Positions 53,546 through 64,000 of a DNA stretch of 64,000 bases are shown piece after piece. The DNA comes from Hamiltosporidium tvaerminnensis FI-OER-3-3 (lineage: Eukaryota > Fungi > Microsporidia): the NCBI GenBank assembly GCA_022605425.2, contig JAKIMF020000001.1, positions 434,001-498,000 of the forward strand. Direction: 5' to 3'. Made by a program: the position numbers and the translations under genes. Each line of letters begins with the position of its first letter. Position 1 is the stretch's first letter. The notes below the pieces were generated by a model. The model had not been told where the DNA came from. It did not search any database and saw only the letters and a list, made by a program, of their open reading frames with translations.

Positions 53546-56068
53546 TTAACTAACACAAACAGACAAATTATCAACTATTGATATATAATAATTTTGAAAT
53601 GCTTTGCCCAAAATACTTTGTATGGTATACGGTAAAGGCTGTATATATACGATTTCAATACGTAAGATTTTTCGATAGATAACATTGCTTATTTGCAAAT
53701 TTTCAACAGTTTCTTCGAATTTTTCACAGACAAGTCTGAATTTTGCTAGCCCGGGAAAGGAAATTAATTTAAAAAAGACAAGGATATTAATTTCTAGAGT
53801 TTCAACACAAAAAAAGTTCAACCTTTCTTTGAAATTGGCATCTTGCAAAATTTCTAAATATTCCGAAACGCTCGAGACTTTTTTTAAATCGATATACAGG
53901 CATTTGAGCGATTTACACTCACAAAGTTTTTTAAAATCCTTTATCGGTACATTAACACTTGATAAATCCAGATGAATCAAGGAATCAAGCATATCATCGT
54001 CGAAAATTTCAATTAAGGCACCATTTTGCAGATTCGCACCTGAAAGATCAAGTTTAGTCAAGTTATAAAACCTTGCAACGAAGTTATCTGAATTTAAACC
54101 AATTTTGTTGCCCGAAACCTTTAAATGCTCTACGGTTTTAAACAATGACATTTCATCTAATCCTTTAACAGAATGAGGGAGACTATTCGCCACATTCAAC
54201 CGCGCAATTCTTTTAAAACCTCTCAGTAAGTTCAAAATTTCAATTGAAAGAGTATTTTCACTTATATCAAGGGACGTTACTGTATCTAAGAAGTTACTTA
54301 AACCGAAAAAGAATTTTAATAGGTCCTCGGAAGGAGCTTGAGACAAAACTAGGCATTCGGTAGATTCAGATGACTTTGCAAGGTGATTAATGAATCTATT
54401 AGAACTGCAGTTATTTATTTTTAAAGAGAGCCATTTTATATTCGCACCAGAAAAAGTCTCTTTAGAACGTGCTCTTGGTATTAATTCGAAGGAACTGATA
54501 TCTAAATATTTAATATTCTGTGACTTCAATAAAAATCTCACTAATTCCCCCGGAAGCTTACTGCATGAGATATCAAGAGAAGTTAGAGATGTTAAAATTT
54601 TATAATTTTTTAGGTTATTGTATATTGTATCATGATTAAAATCACTTTCGACTCCACAATTGTTTAAATTCAAGGTTTTAAGGCCCAAATGTAAAATAGC
54701 CGCCATGTCTTTATCGCACAAAGTTATTTCTTTTAATTTCAAAAATTCTAACGTGGTGATTCTCCAAATCAGACTTGAAATTACATGGGGTTTTAGACCC
54801 GAACACTCTGATATTTCAAAATACTTTAAATGTTTGCCTTTAAAAATAGAAACAAATGATTCAAAAGCAGGCAGCATATTCGTAAACTTTAAAAATGAAA
54901 TACGTTCTAAATTACTTGGACTTAGTAACTCGAAAAATGTAGAAGATACAAGATTTGGCTGTTTTCTTTCAATATCAATAAGTTTTTTTGTGCCAAAATC
55001 ACAAAGGCAGGGTATTTTGATTGCCACATATGTCATTTCGATTTTATTAAATGAAAATCCTGTAGATTCAATAGAGTATAGAAGCCAGTTAAAAATACGA
55101 AGTTGCTCCCTATTAAATTTTTTAACTATATATTCCACAATGTATTCTGATATATTCACATTGATAGGGCTCATAGTGTCAATATACCTAAATCCTCGAT
55201 CAAAAAGTTGATCGTTTTTTTTAAATAATGAAAGACATGAAAGATCTTTATGCAAACACGCATCTAAAGAGTCATCTAAAGCCAAGAAAAAATACATTAA
55301 AGAATGATTTCTTTGTTTCAAATATTTTTTTTTGTATTCATTGGGGTCTGACATTATTTTAAAGCAATCCATACCTAGTAAACCTTTGTTTAAAAGACAA
55401 AGATATAACTGATTTAAATATTTACTGCTAATTGGATCTAAAACTTCAATAATACCTAAAAATTTGTAAAACAGTTTATATGGCAAACTATGCAAACATA
55501 TTTCCTCCTGTTGTATTAAATATTTTACAAAAACACGAAACTCGTGATGTTTTACTTTTAAATAATCTTCCAATATGAAAGGACGATCGTCCAAATTTAC
55601 AAACGTGAAATTGTTTAAGACACGGAATTTAACGCTCCATTTTGTAGAATAGTCACTTTCAAAATTATTTAATGGCTCATGGAGATACAGGCAAATTCCT
55701 AAGGAGCAATGAAAATCATTCTTAGTATAGAAATTGCTTGTATGGGTGTTTTTGTTGTCGAAATGGTGTGTCCCTGAACAGAATTCGAATTTGTTGCCAT
55801 CCTGAGAAGATAACCAATATTTAACAGTGTTCAATTCTCTTTTCTCAAAAAATTTATTTCTCCAACAATCGTTTAAGAGTGCAAATTGTAGTAAACTTGA
55901 ACCCGAGACCGAAGCACAGCTATTTGTTTGTAAAAACAAAACACCTATTATATAAGTTACAATATAAATTCCTTGGATCCGGGTTTTAAAACATTTTCGC
56001 ATTTCTAAATATATGTTTTTATTACAGTTAAATAATGAAACTATGCTCAAAGCTAATACTGAATACAT
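53546..56068 (-). CDS. Leucine-rich repeat protein with hydrophobic N-terminus (putatively secreted), 840 aa
   Basis: Repeated LxxLxLsxN units (LKTLNLNNC, LTSLDISCS, VTSLDISEN, LTKLDLSGA, LIHLDLSSV). Hydrophobic stretch IYIVTYIIGVLFL..SCA; the true start may be Met23. Confidence 0.85.
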   Translation of the reverse strand: MYSVLALSIVSLFNCNKNIYLEMRKCFKTRIQGIYIVTYIIGVLFLQTNSCASVSGSSLLQFALLNDCWRNKFFEKRELNTVKYWLSSQDGNKFEFCSGTHHFDNKNTHTSNFYTKNDFHCSLGICLYLHEPLNNFESDYSTKWSVKFRVLNNFTFVNLDDRPFILEDYLKVKHHEFRVFVKYLIQQEEICLHSLPYKLFYKFLGIIEVLDPISSKYLNQLYLCLLNKGLLGMDCFKIMSDPNEYKKKYLKQRNHSLMYFFLALDDSLDACLHKDLSCLSLFKKNDQLFDRGFRYIDTMSPINVNISEYIVEYIVKKFNREQLRIFNWLLYSIESTGFSFNKIEMTYVAIKIPCLCDFGTKKLIDIERKQPNLVSSTFFELLSPSNLERISFLKFTNMLPAFESFVSIFKGKHLKYFEISECSGLKPHVISSLIWRITTLEFLKLKEITLCDKDMAAILHLGLKTLNLNNCGVESDFNHDTIYNNLKNYKILTSLTSLDISCSKLPGELVRFLLKSQNIKYLDISSFELIPRARSKETFSGANIKWLSLKINNCSSNRFINHLAKSSESTECLVLSQAPSEDLLKFFFGLSNFLDTVTSLDISENTLSIEILNLLRGFKRIARLNVANSLPHSVKGLDEMSLFKTVEHLKVSGNKIGLNSDNFVARFYNLTKLDLSGANLQNGALIEIFDDDMLDSLIHLDLSSVNVPIKDFKKLCECKSLKCLYIDLKKVSSVSEYLEILQDANFKERLNFFCVETLEINILVFFKLISFPGLAKFRLVCEKFEETVENLQISNVIYRKILRIEIVYIQPLPYTIQSILGKAFQNYYISIVDNLSVCVS

Positions 56069-57404
56069 GTAGGCTTCATTTTTTTTATTATTAAATACAT
56101 TCTTTGAGTGTTTTATCTAGTTTTAGATACGAAAAAAATAGTTTTTAGATTAATAAATAATTTATTATTAGAAAAAGCGACCGCGAAACTTATAGAACAG
56201 TCTTAGAAGTGTTTAATTAATAAATAATTTACATACTATACTACATATATTTTATTGCGTAAAAGAACAACTTTTTTATTATAGTCGAGTGTAGTGTACA
56301 AAAGACAACAATTATCTCGAAATGAATTTCAAAGTCAAGAATTTAACTAATATTACGTTTATTTATGGTCAAATTTGATATAAAGAAATCTATATTGTGC
56401 GACATAGGTTCAAATGTTCTAAATAATTTTTTTAATAAAACGAAATGCTGATTTAATTTAATATTTAGAGAGTTTTAGGTTTTTATATTACCTAGCCACT
56501 ACTTTTTAAGATAAAATACTTTGCTTGTTTTCATAATATTTCCAATGTTCTCTATCGAGAATTTAAAGGCACTAATAATTATCTCAGTACAATAAGCAAG
56601 TTATTTCTTGATTCTATAATCAAAAATAGTACTAAAATTTTCTTATAAGACAAAGTTTCTAAAAGACGAATTTATGGAAATAATTGGAATGTTATTTAGA
56701 CCGTTAGTGGAAAATTTTATTAGAAAGACATTTTTTCAAATAAAAAAAGAGTTGCACTTCCTCAGAATTGAAAACAATCGTGGTTTATTAGATAAAAAAA
56801 ACAATCACGTAAAAGAAATAGGATATTAATGTTAAATCAAGCTAGAACTTTGAGCGTAAATAGTTCTGAAGAAGGTATACATCTAAATTCAAAAGCCTCA
56901 AAAAATCCAATAACCACTATATATTATATATAGACTAAATTAATTCTAAAAAAATAGAAATTGAATAATAAACCAATATAAAAGTGGAAAACGCATTATA
57001 AATTCTAAATATCTAGCCTTAAAAGTTACCAAGAATTCTATGTAAAAAAATGCAAAAAATAATCTTGAAAACTCAGATCCAATCTTCTATAGCTGTAGAG
57101 CGATGTTTTTTTGATATTGAATACGTTCATTTTTGAGATATTAAAGTAAATTACATAGAGTGTTAACAAGTTTCTGAATATTGAACTTAACAAGAAAGAC
57201 AGGATATTAGTAATTAGAAAATATACACGTTTTAATTATAATTTAAAGTATATCACATTTTATACGCCAAATGTTTTTTTTGTTCAAATAGAATATTTGT
57301 ACAAGAATTCTCTTGGTCAGATATTTTTCATTAAAACTTTGATAGTTAGTTCACCACCCTGCATTAAAATATAAAATCATGAAATTTCACTAAATTTCAT
57401 TAAT

Positions 57405-60400
57405 TTAATAAAATTCTGGGTTAAAATATTTTAACATTTTTATATGTTTTCTTCTACCTCTTTAACAGATTTTGTCGCTTCTTCCAAATCCGACTCTTTA
57501 TTTATGTTATTGGTCAGTTCCTCTAAAGTGGTTCCTCCTTGTGAAATAAAGGGTGCTTTATTTTTTGGTTTAAAATTTTTTGAACCATCTTCCTCTCTCT
57601 TCTCTTCTTTTAAAGGGAATGTTGGTTCCTCATGCATCTCTGATCTCATAATAACACCCATTGACGCTCTCTCCCAGCTCTCTTCGGCATTTAGTCCTGA
57701 CTCAAGTCCTCTTCGTCGATCAAAGGAAATTGTTTCGACTGTCTTCTTAAGTACTATAGACTGGATGTATGCCTCTACATTTATGGGTATTTCTAGTCTT
57801 TTAAGATAAGATTTATGGTATTTTGTCACAATACCGTCCCAGGTCATCACATAAGGGATTATCTACAACACTACACCTATAAATAAGACCTAACTCATTA
57901 GCTAGCAAGGTCATACTTTGTAAGTTTTTCAGTTTCAACTATTTGAAGTGAATCTTGGGAAGTGATTCCTACTTCCATGAGTGTTATCTTATTCTTCTTC
58001 CTTATCTAAAATAAATATGTCGGGTCTGTTATTCCGAATTTTAAAATCAGTTTTATTCTGGTGTCCACTCTTATCTCTGCATACTCATTATCAAGAATTT
58101 CTTGAACTGAGTGGCTCCTTAATTCGTTTTGAAGGACTTAAACTTATATCTATTTAGGAGAAAGTAGGTGTAGGCATCTAACCACTTCATTATGCCGTCT
58201 GGTGTAGTCATGACCTAGCATTTTTTCACATCAAGTTGCTAGATGATCTACAGTCTTACTAGATTTTTTGCAGTGTTGGCACATACCATCTGATTCCCCA
58301 TAATAAATTTCTATCCTGGATATAGCAAAACACAGCTTCGTTTCGTGGCCTAATATTCCCTCTCTTACACCATCTTGAAGAGTCACTAACACTTACAAGC
58401 TCATTTTTCCTTGCATTATATAACTTTGAATGAAGTTTTCGTTTTTCTATTTCGTTATATAGTTTTGCAAGTTAAGCTTCTTCTAAACTTTTCTTAGTGA
58501 CTTCTTCTACCAACCTGTAATTTACTTTTAAGAAGCCTTTTATTAGTGCAAGATGGTTTTATTATTATTCTCCACCTTGAGGATTGCTGCTCGTCTAGTT
58601 GATATTTCTTTACTTTTTTTCCAGACAATTTAAGAGTTGCAGAAGCATATGTTCGCTTCGCAACTCAACACTATTTAAGTCTCTTCCAAGTTCTGTTCTA
58701 GGAAGATACAAACGCTCTTTACATCCTGGGCGAAGATGTATCTTATTCTTCACCAACACCGCACGAACTGCATCATATAACTTAGAGAAGTCAGCCGGTT
58801 CAAGTCGAAGGTATCCTATGTGATAGTTGACAAACGATATCGCATGTTGATTGATTGCAGAAAATAAATTTTTTGCATTTAATCTAGTGTGACAAAGTCT
58901 TTCAACTCTTGATATAAGTTTCCTCTGTACTTCTTCTTATGAGCTACGTGTTAGGATTCCTCTGCTATCTTCTATTATTCCTAAATATTTGTCAACACTA
59001 AAACCTTCTAGAAGAGTAGCAGTATCTTCACAACATGTATCATTTGTGGCTGACTTCTCTTTGTTAATCTCTAAGCCAATCACCTCTAAAAATTCCTTTG
59101 CCTCGTCTGTCATAGCACTCAATGTGGAGCTGTCTTTTACAAGGAGCTTTAGATCATCAATAAACAAGAGATGATTAGTAGAATGGGATTCTGCATCTGT
59201 TTGTACTGTCACTTTTGTGTATTTTTCATTAAGCTTTCGGCTTAATGGATCCATACACAACACAAATAACAAAGGTGACAAACTATCTCCTTGTAGAATC
59301 CCTCTATCAATCTTCTTGCTCATGATTTTTATTAGGCTCTACTGATATATCAATTTTCCATTTTGATATAATTACCTTAATAAATTTCAGGATGCAATCA
59401 GGTAAATTAAGGTTTTCTATGCATTGAGTTAAATAAGCATGATCTATTGAATCAGAAGCTTTTTTAACATCAATCCATGTTGCCTTAAGATTGTTTCCGT
59501 ACTCTTTATTTAAGACAATATTCAGTAGAGCCTGCTCTTTCGCTCCCTGCACACCTCTAACTGTTCCCAACTGGTTCTCCGCAAGCAACCCTCGCCTTTC
59601 CACTTCAAGTTGAACGACTTTCGTTACACACTTAGTCGTTAACTTGTAGAGGTTGGACATACTAGTGATTGGCCTGTAGTCAGAGCCTCTTTGTGGACTT
59701 CCTTTCGGTATCAAATACGTAAGCCCGCAGTAGAACCAATCGGCTTGAGTTTTTCCTTCTAAACATATAACTTTCACAATATCATAAATATATTTGTGAA
59801 GAGTTGTAAGTTTCTTAATGAAAAAATTGTAAATACCATCAATTCCAGCAGCTTTCCAATTGGGAAGCCAATTAATGATATTTACAAATTCATCAAGTAA
59901 AGGAAACGTGGTAGGATGATTATCTGATACAAATGGAATCAAATAATTATCATACGTGACTGCGTCATCATTTTTCTTCACATTGTAGACCAAAAACTCA
60001 CAATTTCATCACGGCTAACCACATGCTCGGATTCTACACGCTCAGATAACCCCCGATAAAATTGACCTCGGAAAAGCTCAAACATACGATTCTCTTTTCG
60101 GAATTGCTTCCTTCTTTCATGCATTGTAATTTTTTTCTCGTACACATTCAAAGAATCATTCTTCTTAACTAAAGCCTTAGAAAAATGAGTTACACTGCTC
60201 GGGTTTAAATCAAACTCTCGTATGATTTTCTTAAGGCTTTTCGTTTCCGGAATGGAAAGCTTTTCCTGCTTACGAGCCTTCTCGAGAAGATCTTTGGAAA
60301 GTACTAACTTAGAAATTTTACTTTCTATGTTTTCCTTCCAAGCGGATCTAGGCTTCTCTTTACGTATTGCCTCGTCATAGCATACCTGGGCTGCCTGGAT

Positions 60401-61200
60401 TATCCGTGCCACTGCAGTTATCGTAATCGGCACACAAGAATCAGCATACTCACCGGCTACTAGATTAATAAGGTCCAAAACTTCGCTGGTAACCAATTCA
60501 CTTGGAAGCTTTCGAGTTCGAACCACCACTTTTCCAATTTCCTTCTCCGATATTTCTTTGATTTTACTCAAAAATTTATCTCTCAGGTTTATGTACTTCG
60601 TGGTGTCAGTCAGAGTGCATGGCTCAGTGAGACAAGTGGCGATTCTACGTCGCTCTCCATTCTCTTCTTGCCTTATTTCCCTTTCTGCCCCATTTCGTGC
60701 GAGTTTTTTAAACGCATCAATATCTAGTGTGCAGCTAAATTTCTGATTATAGTACCTCAGAGTAGCGGGCCAGCCATTTCTGGGCATTCTCTCAAACCTC
60801 TTTTGCACTGCTAAAATAGCAGATCTAAGCCATTCCTGCTCTACGACTGTAACAGAGTCAAGTATTGAGTGCAATACCATCAGTCTATTTCCTTCTAGAA
60901 TGGCACCTGTATAAAGGTTTGTCATGCCGTTGGCTGTTTCACACGCAGTGGCATCGGTACCAGAAGACGAGGGTATGGTGTCAACCAAGCAGACTGTACT
61001 AGTCTGGCAACTACTGCTTGGTGCTTGGTGGGTGGTGTTATGGAAGGTCGGTGGGGGTGGAAGTCTCTCGGATAACATTGCTACATCTACATCACACATC
61101 AAAATCTCTCCTGCGCTGTTCTCCAAGTTGTTTACAGCCTTTATTTTTTCATTTCTTAGATTTTCGCTGTCTACTTTTTTCCTTCTACCCATTAGTATGA
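57405..61200 (-). mobile_element. Near-full-length single-ORF RLE-type (R4/NeSL/R2-like) non-LTR retrotransposon; frameshifted
   Basis: Consecutive ORFs 59978..61192, 59307..59993 (KAAGIDGI, YRPI, WIDVKKASDSIDH) and 58937..59323 (GILQGDSLSPLLF, LFIDDLKL, KYLG). Then CCHC, RHN and RPDI..E RLE motifs and ORF 57440..57850. The 5' UTR limit is unknown. Confidence 0.92.
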
Positions 61201-61466
61201 TACGACATTAAATAAAATTATGTGGAAATAAGTTATAAACCGAAGTGTTGTAATGATTTATAAATTGCTGAAGCAAACATGCTAAATTTTGGGCAAAAAT
61301 TGAAAGGGATATAGGCTTATAATAAATATAATGCTTTTTGGCAGACATTATTATAGTTCTGATGTTCCGAAACCTCGAAGTTCGAAATAAAAAAATCATA
61401 AATTTTTCGAACATTCAAATGAATATTATATTGTGAATAATTCTAATCCCTTTTTTCTCCGAAAAA

Positions 61467-62543
61467 ATGTTATTTTTAATTTTAGAAAAATCAGATTACG
61501 CATTTTTTTTGTCAAATTTTAAAGAACTTGCAGTTACAGAAAATTATGATTATATAGAAATAAAAGAATTTGTTAATCCGATAGTTTTAATTGTAAAACA
61601 TAAAATTTCATTGAATATTAAAAATAAATTTGTAAACGACATTTTTATTCTTATAAATATGAAGTATGAAAAGTATAGCAACGCAATTATATTAAAAATA
61701 TTTAACCGAATAAATATATGTGAAGTTAAAAACAAATTCTTAAGAGATATTTTAAATATCGAAAATACTTCAAACGAAAACCATACAACAACAGAAATTG
61801 GTTGTATAAATAATTTGGATTTGCTTGAGAACCCAATATTTATTTTCTTAAAAGAAAATTTTAGTGTTATTCTATTGAAAAGAAATATTAGAAAAAACAT
61901 TAAACGATCACCAGTTCATGAAATTATTTACTCCTCGGTGTCAAAAGAAGAGTTTTATACGTCTGTGAAACAAATGGGTATTATTTTTTATTGGAATCCA
62001 TTTTTTACAATGTTTAGTTCGGGAAACAATACTGAAAGAATAAGAATGAGAAATCAAAGAACAGACAATGAAACAATACTTGATTTATATTGTGGAATAG
62101 GTTATTTTTTAATACCTTTGCTTTTAAATAATCCAAGTAGTAATGGAATTGCATGTGAAATAAACAAATACAGCCAGATTGCTTTAATAAAAAATATTGA
62201 AGTTAATAAACTTCAAAACAGAATTACAATTTGTTGTGGTAATCACAGTTCTTTTATCGATTTATATATAAACAAGTGTGATAGGATTATTATGGGATAT
62301 TTGCCATGCCCTTTTGAGGGTATCAAATATGCAGTGATTGCTTTGAAGAATACCGGTACTATTCATTTTCATAAAGTAATAGAAAAAAATGAAACAGAAA
62401 GTTATTTTTCTAAAATTAAAGATCATCTATTAAAATATTTTGAAGATGTAAAGCTAGAATCTCTAACGAAAGTGAAATCATATTCGGTAAGACAATATCA
62501 TTTCGTCTTTGACATTAAAGTATTAAATAAATTAAAATTTTAA
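61467..62543 (+). CDS. Met-10+ / Trm5-TYW2 family SAM-dependent tRNA modification enzyme, most like TYW2 (Trm12)
   Basis: MFSSGNNTERIRM, ILDLYCGIGYF (SAM motif I), ACEIN, DRIIMGYLP, VKSYSVRQYHFVFD. Confidence 0.8.
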   Translation: MLFLILEKSDYAFFLSNFKELAVTENYDYIEIKEFVNPIVLIVKHKISLNIKNKFVNDIFILINMKYEKYSNAIILKIFNRINICEVKNKFLRDILNIENTSNENHTTTEIGCINNLDLLENPIFIFLKENFSVILLKRNIRKNIKRSPVHEIIYSSVSKEEFYTSVKQMGIIFYWNPFFTMFSSGNNTERIRMRNQRTDNETILDLYCGIGYFLIPLLLNNPSSNGIACEINKYSQIALIKNIEVNKLQNRITICCGNHSSFIDLYINKCDRIIMGYLPCPFEGIKYAVIALKNTGTIHFHKVIEKNETESYFSKIKDHLLKYFEDVKLESLTKVKSYSVRQYHFVFDIKVLNKLKF

Positions 62544-64000
62544 TATATCTTTAAATTTTTAGTAAATATTTAAGAAAAAAAAGTGAAAGAAATCTTAAGT
62601 ACAAAAAGGAAATTTTCTCAAGATTAGTTGTTCATTTGCATGTCTATAACCACATAATTATTTCAAAGACTCATTGCTTTTAAAACATATAAATTATTGT
62701 CATATATTCTTTAAACTGTATTTTTTTAATATTAGTTTAAATTTATTTTTCTTTCGGGTCTAACTTTAAGTTTTCGAGTAAAGTGGTAGTACATTTAAAA
62801 AAGAATAATTCATATATAATCTAACCTAGAATGTTCATGTTTAAGGCTTTACTCTCATAATTCTTGTTACGGACCATTCCTAGTTTTAAATTTAACGATA
62901 TTTTTAAAGTCAGATTTATATAAAGTGCCTTAATGTGAAAAATAAGATTTCGTTAGATTGTAATATAGAGACGTACACCGTTTCCACTATGTAATTCCTG
63001 TAAGAAAATATCATGAACTTTATTGAAAAGAATCTGCGACGTCGAGAATAGAATAAACTTTAAAAGCTTTGAAATCATTGGTATCGTCTTCTTTTCAGAG
63101 AAATAGAGAAGAGTTAACTTAGTTGTTTTTCAGAAGGATGTTTTTGTGAAATATAAAATTAAAAAGCTGATAATTAGCCAACATACTATATTGTCAATAA
63201 ACTAGAAACAAAACTGAATATACTTCGCGTATCACTAAGATAGCGAAAAACCTGGCTAATAACCAGGTAACTTGAATGTGTATCTAACGCTTTTAATAAA
63301 GAAATCTATTTCTAGAGGCGTCGGACCTACAAAATATTTAAGCACGACGTATTTTGTTTTAATGGTAAATATAAAAGTAAAATAGAATAGAAATTGAATA
63401 TAATATGTTTCCTTTGATCAAAGATAAAATTTAATATATAGAGCCAGCCCCCAGTGCCAAACGGCACAAATTAAAAATTAAATTTGATTATAAAGTTTTA
63501 AAGGAGATTTTAACTAATAAATCATAATTTAGATGCAGTTTTTTTAATTATGAACCAATCATTTCTTTTTTTTTTAATTTTATCGGATGTGAATAACAAA
63601 GGCGAAGAGATAAGAAGATATGTTTTAAAATATTCTAACTGGGCCATTTTTTGATCCCGATTTCGATAAAATCAAGAATTAATGATATGACATTTTTTAA
63701 AAAAATACAACATTCTTTTAAAACTGTAGCACACTTTATTTTTTTCTAAAATTAACCGAGATCTAGGTTTATATAAATATCTGATTCCTCGAGACTCATT
63801 GGTTACCTCGAAAAATATCTACAACCCGGAGAATTTCATTTGAAACATGGTTACTTTCTTTACATAAGAAAGGTATATAAAATAATAATTGAGCTAGATA
63901 TCATTAAGATTACAAATTTCTAAAGAAGTATTCTATGCTTATCTGCGAAATTCTTTGGTATAAAACTACAGAAATACTTTCGTTTTTAGCACTAATATAA

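Noticed and set aside
57405-61200. RT as a retron, DGR, group II intron or telomerase
   Set aside because: The QGDSLSP / FIDD RT followed by CCHC, RHN and PD..E nuclease, plus 5'-truncated copies, is diagnostic of an RLE non-LTR retrotransposon.

Overview
Very AT-rich eukaryotic DNA with intronless, divergent housekeeping genes preceded by short CCC motifs. This fits a large-genome, TE-rich microsporidian (Hamiltosporidium-like; inference). Bases 1-~41.7 kb are a ~12.8-kb segmental array. Each unit has a 401-aa RhoGAP-domain gene (G), its ~2.2-kb upstream region (U), a 5'-truncated RLE-type non-LTR retrotransposon fragment (R+), a ~5.9-kb spacer (S) and a second, inverted fragment (R-). Four RhoGAP copies are visible. 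The third G-U cassette is flipped between the inverted retro fragments, with reciprocal junctions. The array ends 72 bp upstream of coatomer beta. The single-copy part holds COPB, a compact U3 snoRNA with changes that fit microsporidian SSU rRNA, TFIIF beta, a decayed Tc1-like element, a secreted-type LRR protein, a near-full-length but frameshifted copy of the same non-LTR element, and a TYW2/Trm5-family SAM-dependent transferase. Boundaries of repeats and relics were read by eye and are approximate.
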